Positions 13,554 through 26,899 of a stretch of 64,000 nt of DNA are shown in pieces. A program made the translations under genes and the position numbers. The first letter of the stretch is position 1. Each line of letters begins with the position of its first letter. The notes under the pieces are model-generated. The model saw only the letters and a list, made by a program, of their open reading frames with translations. It had not been told where the DNA came from and did not search any database. The DNA is from Octopus sinensis (Eukaryota): positions 13,764,001 to 13,828,000 of the forward strand of contig NC_043005.1 of assembly GCF_006345805.1 (NCBI RefSeq). The letters run 5' to 3'.

Positions 13554-15217
13554 TTGACTGCTTTCTTTTCAGCTTCTGCCTACCAAATCCATTGACAAGG
13601 CTTTGGTCGGCCCAAAGTGCCACGGACTGGGATTGAACCCGGATCCATGTGGTTGGAAGCAAACTTCTTGCCACGCAGGTATGCCTGCGCCTGAAGAATC
13701 AGATTTATGATATTTGCGTACATTCAGTGTTGGAAAGACATACATGCAGAATTGACACTCGACGCAGAAACGCATGCGTCCGACTGTCTGATGACGTAAT
13801 TCATAGCCCTATGGTGTGTTTTTTACGCAATATGTCAATAGGGAAATTTTCTGCCGAGACGAGTCTTGCAATCTTTCCATGTCCGAATGTACACGAACAT
13901 GTTAAATATCACTGTATAATTATGTATAATTATTACATTTTTTTTAAATGTTCTCTGTATGAAACATATAAGCCTTTCAACTTTTTGCCTGTTCTGTATA
14001 TGATATTTGTTACGCAGGACAAAATTCTCTGGCGTCCATGCATCATATATGATACACATTCCCAATTTTGTTCAACCACTAGAATAACTTGTGACTTATT
14101 AAAGGAAAGCTTTATATATTATTCAGAATGTATGAAACAAGGATTAACTAGAAGTCTTAAAACAAACATGGACGTTTAGGACAAACTTAAAAAATACTAT
14201 CTTGATTTGCAAAGAGTTAACATTACTTCGCTAAGTTTCTTTCATTTGCTTCTTGTCCCCACTGATGTGTACACAGGCTATAACAGAGTTGTTAGTGAAT
14301 TTGTTATTCTAAAACAGATGTTCAACCTTTTTCTAGAATCCTATTATATTAAAATCAGGTGATTTGTCACGGTGTCTCTCCACAACTAGTAGCAACTTTG
14401 GAAATAATCCTTTCCACTATAGGCAAAAGGGCTGAAATTTTGTTGGGTGGGGTAAGTCGACTACATCGACCCCAGTGTTTCACTGGTATTTAGTTTATCG
14501 GACCCAAAAGGATAAAAGGCAAAGTCGACCTCGGCGGAATTTGAACTCAGAACATGAAGACGGACGAAATACCGCTAAGCATTTTTTTCCCGTCGTGCTA
14601 ACGATTCTTTTCTTGTATAGGCACAAGGCCTGAAATTTTGGGGGAGGTAACTGGTCGATTACATCCACCCCAGTGTTTGAGTGGTACTTAATTTATCGAC
14701 TCCGAAAGGATGAAAGGCAAAGTCGACCGCGGCGAAATTTGAACTCAAATTGCAGCGACGGGCGAAATACTGCTAAGTATTTTGCCCGGCACGCTAACGA
14801 TACTGCCAGCTCGCTGCCTTCAGTTTTAGATATAATAACAACATTGTTTATAGTACCAGTACTAGAAAAACCCGTGCACGTCTTTCTAACTTACTAAAGA
14901 TCAAGTTTGAAATACATGAAAGACGATGGACATAACATCGTTTCTTTTATATATTGTTATTAAATGATGGAGAAAATTAGCGTGTTATACAACTTTCATT
15001 GAAATTTCATTGAAATATTTGATTTTACAGTTTTAGTTCTCTTTTCCTGACATTCCATGCCGGATTTTACATCATGGACAACATTTCCAAAAATATTACC
15101 GCCTCCTACTATTAATACCGCCAGCACTATGATCAACCACCACTAAAACTACTACTACTACTACTACTATTGTTGTTGTTGTTGCTGTTGCTGCTACAGT
15201 TAGCTAAATCACAAAGC

Positions 15218-15611
15218 TGGATTGATGGAAGCACTCCGTCGGTTACGACGATGAGGGTTCCGGTTGATCCGAATCAACGGAACAGCCTGCTCGTGAAATT
15301 AACGTGTAAGTGGCTGAGCACTCCACAGACACGTGCACCCTTAACGTAGTTCTCGGGGATATTCAGCGTGACACAGAGAGTGACAAGGCCGGCCCTTTGA
15401 AATACAGGTACAACAGAAACAGGAAGAAAGAGTGAGAGAAAGTTGTGGTGAAAGAGTACAGCAGGGATCACCACCATCCCCTGCCGGAGCCTCGTGGAGC
15501 TTTTCAGGTGTTTTCGCTCAATAAACACTCACAACGCCCGGTCTGGGAATCGAAACCGCGATCCTACGACCGCGAGTCCGCTACCCTAACCACTGGGCCA
15601 TTGCGCCTCCA
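15218..15611 (-). mobile_element. Full-length tRNA-derived SINE with 14-bp TSD
   Basis: TSD ctaaatcacaaagc at 15204-15217 and 15612-15625. RC head gtggaggcgcaatggcccagtggttaggg...ggtttcgattccc (A/B boxes). Confidence 0.9.
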
Positions 15612-17029
15612 CTAAATCACAAAGCATCACTTCAGTCAATATTAGATCATTTTTTTAAGGCAGCGAGCTGGTAGAAACGTTCCGAGTTCAAATTCCGCCG
15701 AGGTCGACTTTGCCTGTCATCCTTTCGGGGTCTATAAATTAAGTACCAGTTGCGTACTGAGGTCGATCTTATCGACTGGTCGTCCCCTCCCCCAAAATTT
15801 CGGGCCTTGTGTACCTAGAGTAGGAAAGAATATAGTTTATTATAAATGATCTTGACATTCTCTTTATTTTGCATAAAATATTCTTTACATTTACAATTGT
15901 TTTATTGCCATTTTTTAACGATTATTATAAGTTTCATAGGTAAAATATTTTTCTGGGAACGAATTACGATTGATAACATTGCTACTATTTACGAATTTTC
16001 ACTTTACGAGCGATCTCCGGGAACAAATTAACTCGTATATTGAGACATTAATGTATACACCAATGTATACGTAGTTAGTTACTTCACAGAACAGATGGAC
16101 ATAATTAATGACAAAAATAATAAAATAAAAACTAATAATGGCTAACATCAAACACTGCATATTTCATAAACAAAATTCAATACTTAAAGTATTGCTTTCC
16201 TGACACTGGAATCTATTTATTCTGTAGATGTAAAGCTTCATTGTCAATAAACTACTTGAAGTTAAGTATTTGTAAGTATATTATTTCGACATATGCGTCC
16301 GGCTTTACCAAATTTACTTACATTTAAACTACTCCCAGACACATGTTAACACTTAATCCATGATTGCATCACATTGAATCAAATTTAACAATTAAAGTGT
16401 GTCTTATTTTTTATTTTGAAAGTTATACTCTGCGGATAAATGAGAATAAGAAACAAATTAGAATAAAACCTTTCTGGAAACAGGAACAATGTTAGAAGGC
16501 AAATATCAACTGTTGTGTGTTTATTTATGTAGTAGCGTTAGTGTCAATATATCTAACACCGTGAGCATTAAAAAAAATTCATTAGAAATAATTAATCTAT
16601 AAGAAAAAAGATCTATTTAGACAATGTCAAATAATACATCGATTCTTCTTGACGAATGGGTGTATTGGAGAAGTTTCCATCTCATTAGATCCATGCGCCT
16701 CAATATAGCATTAGTCTTCTCCAATCTCCAGAATATTCCAAAACAAATATTTTGGTAGCTTCTTGGGAGACAACAATGATTCCCCTACCACCAGCACCAC
16801 CACCAAAGAAATATATAGCAGCAGACAAGCCGTTTAACTACATTTGCTTGGTTTTTAAAAGAATTCTGCTAGATTGTAGAATAACTAGTTTCTGATTTAG
16901 TACCACGTTTATTTTGTATTTTGGCATACTCGTTTTCATGAATCCTGCAATCACTTTTAATCATCTTAATTGATTCAAAGATCTATGAGTGCATAGACAT
17001 TTTATAGTATATCCAGTAATCTAATCATA

Positions 17030-19070
17030 ACCCTGGGCAACAAAAACAATTTTTTGTCTGGTGCCTGGAATATTTCAATGAATTTTTGAGTGATTTTGCT
17101 TGCTAAATTCAAATATAACTTCAGTTTTTCCATATCAGAGGTAGTTTTCTGACTAGACTTGATAAAGTAAGTATTTTATTTATACAAAAGGTGCATAGTA
17201 TGAATCAATAAAGAAAGCGTAACTCAAAATAAAACGAAGACGAATAAAAATTCAAAATTGAAAATGCACATTGGCAAAGATTTTTGGCAGAAAATTCAAG
17301 GAATATATTTGCGCTTCTTTGTGAACCGTGAATGTTGAGCAACAGGAGGATCTCGTTTTAAACACCATCATCGCAGTTTCCATCTCCTTAATTTCTTGAT
17401 GGTATCGTTCGCCTTGTTCATCGCTAACATCTCTGAGATTTTCAGGAAAAGAATCAAGATAACTAAAAAGATAATGCATTTTGATGCTCATATTCGCGCC
17501 AGTATCACGAAAAGGTGATATCAAGTTGGTAACAAGGTCTTTATAGTTTTCACTTTTGTGTTTACCAAGGAAATTTTGCACTATTTCTGCAAAGGCTAGC
17601 CAAGCTAATGCAGCATTTTCGCTCATTACTGACACGAAATTTGTGTCCTTCAAGGGCTTACGGATCTGTGGTCCATCAAAAATCCCTGCTTTTAGTTTTT
17701 CAATCGTCAAGTCTGGAAATACCCTGCGGATATACTTGAAGCCATCCCCATTTTTCTCAAGAGCGTTGACGAATTGCTTGATCAATCCGAGTTTGATGAG
17801 CAAAGGGAGAAAAATGATCTCATCTCGCCCAACTAAAGATTCTTCCAATATATTGGTAATTCCACATCTAGTTTCTGATTTAGTACCATATTTATTCGAG
17901 GCGGCCAGTCTCTCTTAACATAGTGGTTTCCTTGGTCTCTTCTGTCCCACATTCAAAGAAAGCATGGGTATTTGGTATAACCAGATTGCTGTCCCATGAG
18001 AAAATTCACCATCTTTAAGTCAACGCGGATGACCCATTTATGGTCATGATACAGTATCTTCTCTAAAACCAACTTAATTTCTTCATATTTTTCCTTCAGA
18101 GTTGTTGAGTGGCCGAGTGGGACAGAGCTGTACACATTCCTGTTGTACAATACACACTTTAAGCTACGCTTAGAGCTGTCTATGAAAAGACACCATTCCT
18201 CTGATTTGTATTCCTCAATGCCAAGTTTATTAAGAAGCCCACTGACACCTCTGCAATAAACTAGTTCTTCCTCTTTTGTGAAAAAAGAAAGGAACATTTC
18301 ATGCTGACTTCAATAGAATGTTATACGGACACCATTCTCTAGAAGATTCTTCTTTTTCAGTCGAGATGCCAACAGTTCTGAAGAAGTTTTTGGGAGGCTC
18401 AAGTCACGAACTAGATCATTGAACTCTACCTGGGAGAATAGCTGGAATAAAGTCTCACCTGAAAGTCTTGATCTCTAGTCTCTTCTTCAGGTGATGAATC
18501 TTCTTTGGTTGAGGATAGAGGTATCTAATGCAAGATTTTGATGACAGGAACAGGAAGCTCTTCACTGTGTGGAAACAGTCTAATAGCAGAGGCAAGATTA
18601 GGATAGACAAGTGTTTGTCGATTTTTCAAATTTAGGTTACGTGATTATAAGGCTCACGCCATACCATTGGTATTACAAACCTCATACTTTTCCTTGTCTC
18701 TTTAGTCCATTGTCGCAAATGTTCTGTACATTGTTTGCAGACGCTATGCGGTGCCCAGTATTTATCTCGGTCTCCAAGCTTGACCCCAAAATATTCTATA
18801 TACGCTCTTTTAACAAAATCAATAATGTTTATTCGATTTTCAAGTAATGTGTATTCTCCATAAACATAAAACACATTTGGAGAATTAATGGAACACTTTC
18901 TTGAAGTGGAAATCTTGCTCATTTTCTATTGCTTAGTTCACCACATCTGAAAAGTATGGAAAAAGACAAAAACTTAGAATTAGAATAAGGTAACGAACAC
19001 TGCGTATTGGACGTACACACATAAAAAACTAGATCTGATAGGCCAAAAAGAAGGTTATACTTGGATTCAG
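17030..19070 (-). mobile_element. Chapaev3-type (CMC superfamily) DNA transposon with fragmented transposase
   Basis: ORFs 18632-18922 (YFGVKLGDRDKYWAPH..CKQC..PMVWREP), 17953-18297 (FIDSSKRSLKCVL, GQQSGYTKYPCF) and 17252-17848 (LLIKLGLIKQFV, GIFDGPQIR, VSDEQGERYHQ). Family name recalled from these motifs. Confidence 0.8.
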
Positions 19071-21244
19071 GAGACCGATTTTGTATAGGAATGATGTCTA
19101 TTTCCTAAACACCAAAACCCTTGTAGACCAGTGTAATCTAAACATTGCAAACTTGTACAGCCATATTGAACATCTTGTTCTAACATGTGGCATGGATCTG
19201 ATAGCCAGCCGACCTCATCGTGAAGATACCCTACTTCTCTCTCTCTTTTTTTTTTTGGCAAGGAGTGACATATAGTCTTCCTCTGTATGCTCACTAAAGA
19301 GAAAGTGAAAGTGTGATGGGTGCAACTGAGGGAATTAAGGACAGGTTTTTCTTTCTCGCTCAAGCTTTCACTAACGTTTTAAGAATCACTACTGAAGATG
19401 TATATCATGTTGAAGTGGGAATCTCTACATCTCACCCTAGTAGATGTGCTAATTTGGGGGATGCAAATGACGAACGTGCATTGAGTGTATAAGATTTCTT
19501 TGAAAATATGCTTGTATATTCGGATATAAAATTTCAGAAAGGTCTCATGTCTGTCGTAGGCCAAGGATTTTGTGATTTATGTCGGGTCACCAGTTTGAAT
19601 TAAAGTTGGAACATATTTCATTTCCTTTTTTTTTTTGTTTTCATCCTAATTGAATCGTAATTCGGTTTTGTAAATCCCTGCCAATCTCTTTTCCTTCTGG
19701 GAATAAAATGAACTATTATATTAAGGCGGTGAAGTAGCAGAATCGTTGGCAAGGTGGACAAAATGCTTAGTAGCATTTCGTCCATCTTTACGTTCTGAGA
19801 TCTAATTTCGCCGGAGTCGACTTTGCTTTCTAAGGTCAATAAGATAAGTACTATTTGAGTATGGTGTTCGATATAGCTGAAGTATTAGACACTATTAGAC
19901 CTTCATTTTCGGGGGCGATAAGTTAAGTAACAGTTGTGTACTGGGGTCGATCCAATCGACTGCCCCACTCATAAAAAAAAATTCGGGCCTTGTGCCTAGA
20001 GTAAAAAAAGAACATAAAATACTGCTCAAAAACTGTATCTCATAATCGACTATGACTTTCATTAAAGTATGTGACCTATGTATTAATAGTGAATATAAAA
20101 GAACAATAATTTACATAAATTAACGGCGGTGCATCAGCATGGCTGCAACTATGAGCCGAAGCTACAGCAAAAACAAAAAAAAAACTTTTAGCATGAAACA
20201 CTTATCAGGTGGGTGTGGTATTTTAGACAAAGAATTTATAGAAAAAATTAATTTGAATAGAGGATTGGTACATGAGTAGATGCTACTTAATTTATGATTG
20301 TCTCATCTTTTAAATGCCACTTGAAATTTGGGTGGGAAGAGGAGATATAAGGAAACAACTAAACTTTAAAATGTAATTGACTAAATTTAAAGCTACATAA
20401 AGAACTACTAAGCACAGCATGCTATAAGTCAAGTCTGCGGCAAACAACATAAAGGTAAGAATAGTTTTACTTCGATTTGTTTTATGACTTATTAACCACA
20501 CTGATTTAAAGATAGCATAAATTACTTAAATCAACATAATATAGGACAATTATATGTTGAATCGTATACAATTCGAGCATTTCTTATATCTCTGAAAATA
20601 CCACCGCATCATACACTGAAAATATATTTTCTTAAAATTTCATTTGCTCTTCTTCGTGTTAAAGCGTACTATTACAAGAAACTGAGTGCAAAATGCATTA
20701 TACTGAGACATGTTAAATATATTAACAAAATAATAATGTTGGTCTCAAATTTTGGCACAAGACCAGCAGTTTAAGGGGAAAGGGTAAGTCGATTACATCT
20801 ACCCCAGTGTTTAACTAGTACTTAATTTATTGACCCCAACATCATTGGATTTCAGAAATGTCACTCAACATTTTTTCTGCCGTGGTAAAAATTCTTACAG
20901 CTCTCATAATCGCAATAATAATTATTTCTGGTGGAAGCACAAGGCCTCAGATTTGGAGAAAATGATCAAGTCGATTGCATAAACCCAGTGTATAACTGAT
21001 ATTTATTTAATCAACCCCAAAAGGATGAAAGGCAAAATTAAACCCGGTGGAACGTAGTGACAGACGAAATACTGCTAAGCATTTCGCCCGGCGTGGTAAC
21101 GACTCTGCCTGCTCGCTGCCTTAATAATAATAATAATAATAATAATAATGATAATAATAATAATAATAATAAGGCTGTTGTGGCTTTTGATCTTAACAGC
21201 TTGGAAGCATTATCATGTACATTGTTTTGTCTTTGTATAAAAGA

Positions 21245-22150
21245 TGGGCTACAGCAAATTTTCTGCTCAATACCACAGTTTTACTTGTCAGTTGTTTGAC
21301 CATAACCATTTGAGTTTGTCCCTTGGTGGCTGACGATATGTGTATCTCTGATCATGAGCAGAAGTAGTAGGGGAGCATCATAGCCATATGTTGAGAGGAA
21401 TTCTTTGGGGGTTTGAATAATTCACCCCTGGAAACATGGTTCTTTCGTTCAACATCCTTAAACAACTCTTATTATGAGTGGGATGCGCTACACGACCTGA
21501 ACTAGACCCCATATGCAAGATCATACACTGTTAATCTTGATATGAAGTCACTATTTCGTGCATATATGTTTGTGATGCATGTGCCTGGTGTAACCTTGTC
21601 AGACGGGTAGCAACGTTGTGTATACTAGGCTTTGTATATTTTACCTCAGTGTCACTTTGATGGTATTCCCTGCTCACACACATGATAATAATAAAAGGCT
21701 ACAGCAAATATTCTGCTCAATACCACAGATGTGCTTGTCACTTGTTTGACCTTAACCAGTTGAGCATGTCCCTTAGTGGCTGACGATATGTGCATCTCTT
21801 ATCACGAGCAGAAATAGTTGGGGAGCATCACAGCCGTATGTTGAGTGCGATTCTTTGGGGTTTGAATAATTCACCTTTGGAAACATGGGTGTTTCGTTCA
21901 ATATCCTTAAACACCTCTTATTCAGGGACTTTTTGAGCGGGATGGGCTACTCGACTAGAAGAAAATTCTTACTGGGCCCCACCAGCAAGATCATGTGCTG
22001 TTTATCTTGATATGAGATCCCCATGTCACGCACATATGGTTGTGATGCATGTGCCTAGTGTACCTTTATCAGACGGGTAGTCGTGATGGGTATACTGAGC
22101 TTCGTATATTTTACCCCAATGTCACTTTGATGGCATGCACTGCTCTCTCA
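21245..22150. repeat. Two head-to-tail diverged copies (~450 bp) of an interspersed repeat, probably a LINE/SINE 3' region
   Basis: ggctacagcaaat..ctgctcaataccacag...gtcactttgatgg block at ~21245 and again at ~21695; flanked by (AAT)n. Confidence 0.75.
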
Positions 22151-22157
22151 CTCAATA

Positions 22158-22218
<61 letters not shown>

Positions 22219-22402
22219 TAGTAATGGCTTAATATTTTGCCAGAAGGTCAGCAGTTTGGGGGGAGGGGATTACATTGGGCCAGTGTTTAACTAGTACTTA
22301 TTTTACCTACCTCAAATGCATGAAATCAGAACGTAGTGACGATATGATGCTTAGTGGATTTTGCTCGGCATGCTAGAGAATCTGCCAGCTTGCAACCTTA
22401 AT

Positions 22403-22471
<69 letters not shown>

Positions 22472-22487
22472 AGTATTAGGTAAAATA

Positions 22488-22895
22488 GGCGGAGGAGTGG
22501 CTGTGTGGTAAGTAGCTTGCTAACCAGCCACATGGTTCCGGGTTCAGTCCCACTGCGTGGCATCTTGGGCAAGTGTCTTCTGCTATAGCCCCGGGCCGAC
22601 CAATGCCTTGTCAATGATTTGGTAGACGGAAACTGAAAGAAGCCCGTCGTATATATGTATATATATATATATGTGTGTGTGTGTGTTTGTGTGTCTGTGT
22701 TTGTCCCCCTAGCATTGCTTGACAACCGATGCTGGTGTGTTTACATCCCCGTCACATAGTGGTTCGGCAAAAGAGACCGATAGAATAAGTACTGGGCTTA
22801 CAAAGATTAAGTCCCGGGGTCGAGTTGCTCGACTAAAGGCGGTGCTCCAGCATGGCCGCAGTCAAATGACTGAAACAAGTAAAAGAAAAGAAAGA
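22488..22895 (+). mobile_element. Full-length bipartite tRNA-derived SINE with internal (TA)/(TG) microsatellite
   Basis: Head, microsatellite and 3' half (gcttgacaaccgatgctggtg...ggccgcagtcaaatgactgaaac). Homologs at 25448 and 53250. Confidence 0.85.
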
Positions 22896-22908
22896 AATTA
22901 TTATTATT

Positions 22909-22977
<69 letters not shown>

Positions 22978-23199
22978 GCTGCTGCTGCTGCTGCTGTTGC
23001 TGTTATCATCTTTCTAGTACAGAACGAAAGACCTAAAGCATAAATGTTTTAAAGTAATTTGATACTAATAATGTACTTACCGCACATATTAACTACTCTT
23101 TCTGCTAGTCGTTTGTTTCAACATACGCCATGTTGATTCGTTAGCTACTGCACGCATTTTTTTTCTCTCCTTCTTTCTGTGTTTTTCTCTCTCTGTGTA

Positions 23200-23237
23200 T
23201 CTTTCTGTTGAAGAGCGTAGGCTCGAAACGTTAAAGA
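23200..23237 (+). ncRNA. Minimal type-I hammerhead ribozyme-like motif (Penelope-type, variant core) within a ~240-bp repeat
   Basis: tcttt-CTGTTGA-a-GAGC(gtag)GCTC-GAAAC-GTT-aaaga: stem I, stem II and GAAA core are in the right order. Core position 6 is U instead of A. Confidence 0.6.
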
Positions 23238-23334
23238 CTTGTTTTATTTATATTTCCTGAGCGCCATACTAATACAATTGTTCGTTTGTTTTCCACCTGC
23301 CTTCGTCTTTTGTTTATTTTCATAAAGCTTCCCG

Positions 23335-23406
<72 letters not shown>

Positions 23407-23529
23407 CCAGGCTATAACTAATACATAAATACACCAGTGCATCCTGAGGCTATTTTTCTGTTTTTATTATTATTATTAACGGGTCCAACTTAATCCTACA
23501 AATTTTAAGATATCTTCATTAAAAATAAG

Positions 23530-23572
<43 letters not shown>

Positions 23573-23581
23573 ATATATATA

Positions 23582-24658
23582 TTATATAAAAGGGCTTAGT
23601 AAAATAAATTACTTTGCCGCATACTGAACTCATTAGAAATAGTAGCTAAAAAAACTTTTTTAAAACTATTTCTAATACTTAAAGAAAACCTCTCTCATAT
23701 AGTGTTTGCTCAATTCAATTCACGAAAGTATGGGGGTAAAGACATTAAAAAATCAAATGCAAAGGTTATTTGAGAACGTACGTTTCAAGATTAGTCAACT
23801 CGACATTTCTATCATCAGCTCAGAACTCCTTGGTTTGGATTTGAAAACACTGAAAGTGGGAGCATACCCTTTCGGCTTCTTATCGCTTCTGAAGATCTGC
23901 TCGAAACTAACAGTGCCAGCAAACTCAAATATGCAAGCGAAGAATTTCTGCTCTCCCCTTTCCACCAGCGCAAAGTAATTTATTTTACTAAGCCCTTTTA
24001 TATAATGTAATAATTTGAATTCGCCTTAAATGGTCCCTTTGCATACTGAATACTTGGTGAAATTGATTAATAATTAATTAATTTTACCCTCAATTGTTGA
24101 AATTATAATTCATCTCTCTCTATTTAATGCCTCGGATTTTACCGAAAAAGCATAGTGTTTACTGATTTTAGCCCACGCTGGTGGAAAGGGGAGAGCAGAA
24201 ATTCTTCGCTTGCATATTTGAGTTTGCTGGCACTGTTAGTTTCGAGCAGATCTTCAGAAGCGATAAGAAGCCGAAAGGGTATGCTCCCACTTTCAGTGTT
24301 TTCAAATCCAAACCAAGGAGTTCTGAGCTGATGATAGAAATGTCGAGTTGACTAATCTTGAAACGTACGTTCTCAAATAACCTTTGCATTTGATTTTTTA
24401 ATGTCTTTACCCCCATACTTTCGTGAGTTGAATTGAGCAAACACTATATGAGAGAGGTTTTCTTTAAGTATTAGAAATAGTTTTAAAAAAGTTTTTTTAG
24501 CTACTATTTCTAATGAGTTCAGTATGCGGCAAAGTAATTTATTTTACTAAGCCCTTTTATATAATGTAATAATTTGAATTCGCCTTAAATGGTCCCTTTG
24601 CATACTGAATACTTGGTGAAATTGATTAATAATTAATTAATTTTACCCTCAATTGTTG

Positions 24659-24666
<8 letters not shown>
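23582..24666. repeat. Fold-back structure: ~389-bp near-perfect inverted repeat plus 137-bp direct repeat
   Basis: 23582-23970 is the reverse complement of 24176-24564. 23971-24107 is directly repeated at 24530-24666 (period 559). Confidence 0.9.
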
Positions 24667-24697
<31 letters not shown>

Positions 24698-24953
24698 CTT
24701 CCAAATATATTTTTACAAAATTTAGAAGATTTAAAAAATTAGAAAATTTTAAAGATTCATAAAAATTTAATAAAATAAAATTTAAACACCTAAAAATACA
24801 ATAGCGGTATATATATATATATACAATTGATAAAAGGTGTTTTTTTCTAATTTTATATATGTATATTATATTGTGTGAAATTTGATTTAGTATTTCTAAA
24901 TTGAATTTTTTGCCTTGTAAGTTTGGATTTTATTCCCTCAAATAATAATAATA

Positions 24954-25002
<49 letters not shown>

Positions 25003-25032
25003 TAATTATTATTATTATTATTGTTATTATTA

Positions 25033-25078
<46 letters not shown>

Positions 25079-25447
25079 ATTTGTCTGCAATTATTTTCTC
25101 TACGTCTGTCCCTAGAGAGCGCGCCCGCATCTCACTAAGCGCAAACACTCCCAGTTATTGATTTCAACTGTAAAACCTGTAAAACCCGTTTCTAGCGATA
25201 GTTATCATTGATTTACTAGCGTCCTATTGTGGTATTATCCACCCTATTTTTAGCTATAGAACCCATGGTTAATGCTTTAATAAAAAGTTCTGTCACAAAT
25301 AGTGTTCTGTTCGGTTGTACGTTTTGGTCTCGGTTACAACAGTTCACTTTCAGGAATACACGAGAAAGCATCTTTGTTGTAATATCCCGTATCAAAGAAA
25401 TACAAAGAAATGAAATAAGAGAAAATTTTACAAGAAAATTTAACAAG

Positions 25448-26070
25448 CATGGCTGTGTGGTAAGAACCTTGCTTCCCAACCACACGGTTCTGGGTTCAAT
25501 CCCACTGCATGGCACCTTGGGAAAGTGTCTTCTACTGTAGCCTAGGGCTGACTAAAACCTTGTGAGTGGATTTGGTAGACGGAAACTGCAAGAAGCTCGT
25601 CGTGTAAATATATATATATGCTCTATCTTAAAAGCCGCCCGATATGGTAACTTTTAAGCTTGCTCCTGTGGAGGTCACGTGTTATGGTTAAATTACGTGA
25701 TACAATTACAAGTTTCATTGAATAGTGAGAGAGGGGTAAAGCATGAGGAATAGTAGAAGTGTCACTGAATAGCGAGAGAGGGGGTCGGAAAAGTAAAGTT
25801 GAAACAGTGAGACACACTGACTCTCGCTTTCGCATTTATTATTATAGATATATTTGTGTGTGTGTGTGTGTCTGTGTTTGTTCCTCTACCATCGTTTGAC
25901 AACTGATGTTGGTGTGTTTACCTCCTTGTAACTTAGCGGTTCGGCAAAGAGACCGATAAAATAAGTACTAGGCTTACAAAGACTAAGTCTTGGGTTTGAT
26001 TTGTTCGACTAAAGGCGGTGCTCCAGCATGGCCGCAGTCAAATGACTGAGACAAGTAATAGAATAAAAGA
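25448..26070 (+). mobile_element. Bipartite SINE interrupted by a ~230-bp non-autonomous DNA element (25621-25848) in its microsatellite
   Basis: SINE head and 3' half match 22488-22895. The insert has ends tctatctta.../...ttattatagat. Confidence 0.75.
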
Positions 26071-26149
26071 GTGAAAGGATAAAAGAACTGGGTCCATACA
26101 CAACAAGGTGGGAAGAGGACGCTGAAGGACAGTATGTAACAGTACTGAA

Positions 26150-26830
26150 CATGTATTCGAAGTACTGCTCGCTTCAGTTAGGGTGGCTCAACATATCCAT
26201 GGAGACTCAACATATCCATGACAACATTTCTTAGAATTTTGCGTCCGACACAAAAGGCTTATCCCATTCGATTACTGCATGCCCTAAATGAAGAGGATTA
26301 TTCAAATAGAGCAAGCGAGGTGTACAGAAATTGTCAATCAAATCGAAAACAAACGTTTATTGGATAACATTTTATTCAGTGATGAGGCGACTTTCCACAC
26401 GTGTAGTAAAGTCAAGCTACACAATTGTTGTGTCTGGTCCAATGAAAAACTATCTGAATTTAGTAGAATGGCAAAGTGACTCTCCAAACCTTAACGTGTG
26501 GCTTGGAATGAATAAATCAAAAATTTATGGCCCATTCTTCTTTGAGGAAGGCACCATCTATCTTGATATGCTTTAGCAGTTTCTCGAGACAAAGCTTCTA
26601 GAAGATGGCATTCTTGATAATGTGTTTCAACAAGATGGAACACCTTGTCATTATACTCTAATTGTTCGAAAATATCTCAACAGACGCTTTCCAAATCGGT
26701 GGATAGGATGTGGGAGACCTCGACTTGGCCTTCGCGTTCTCTGGATTTGACCTACCTGCGTTGCCTTGCTTGAGGTTTCATACAAGGAAAAAGGTTTATC
26801 ACCAAAGGATCAATAATTTAGCTGAAATTA
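26150..26830 (+). mobile_element. Tc1/mariner-superfamily transposase fragment (DDxD type), degenerate
   Basis: ILFSDEATFH, NVWLGMNKSKIYGPFFFEE and FQQDGTPCHY..VRKYLNRRFPNRWIG across frameshifts. Confidence 0.8.
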
Positions 26831-26899
26831 ACGCATTCGGTCAGGGGTGCAGGTGGTAATTAAGTCGTGTGTGTGTGTGTGTGTGTGTGTGTGAAAAAC

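Noticed and set aside
15500-15611. tRNA-like sequences (also ~38220-38290 and the heads at 22488 and 53250)
   Set aside because: These are SINE heads continuous with SINE bodies and bounded by TSDs; no complete cloverleaf.
23706-24440. Twin 90-aa ORFs on opposite strands
   Set aside because: A by-product of the inverted repeat; no recognisable protein motif.
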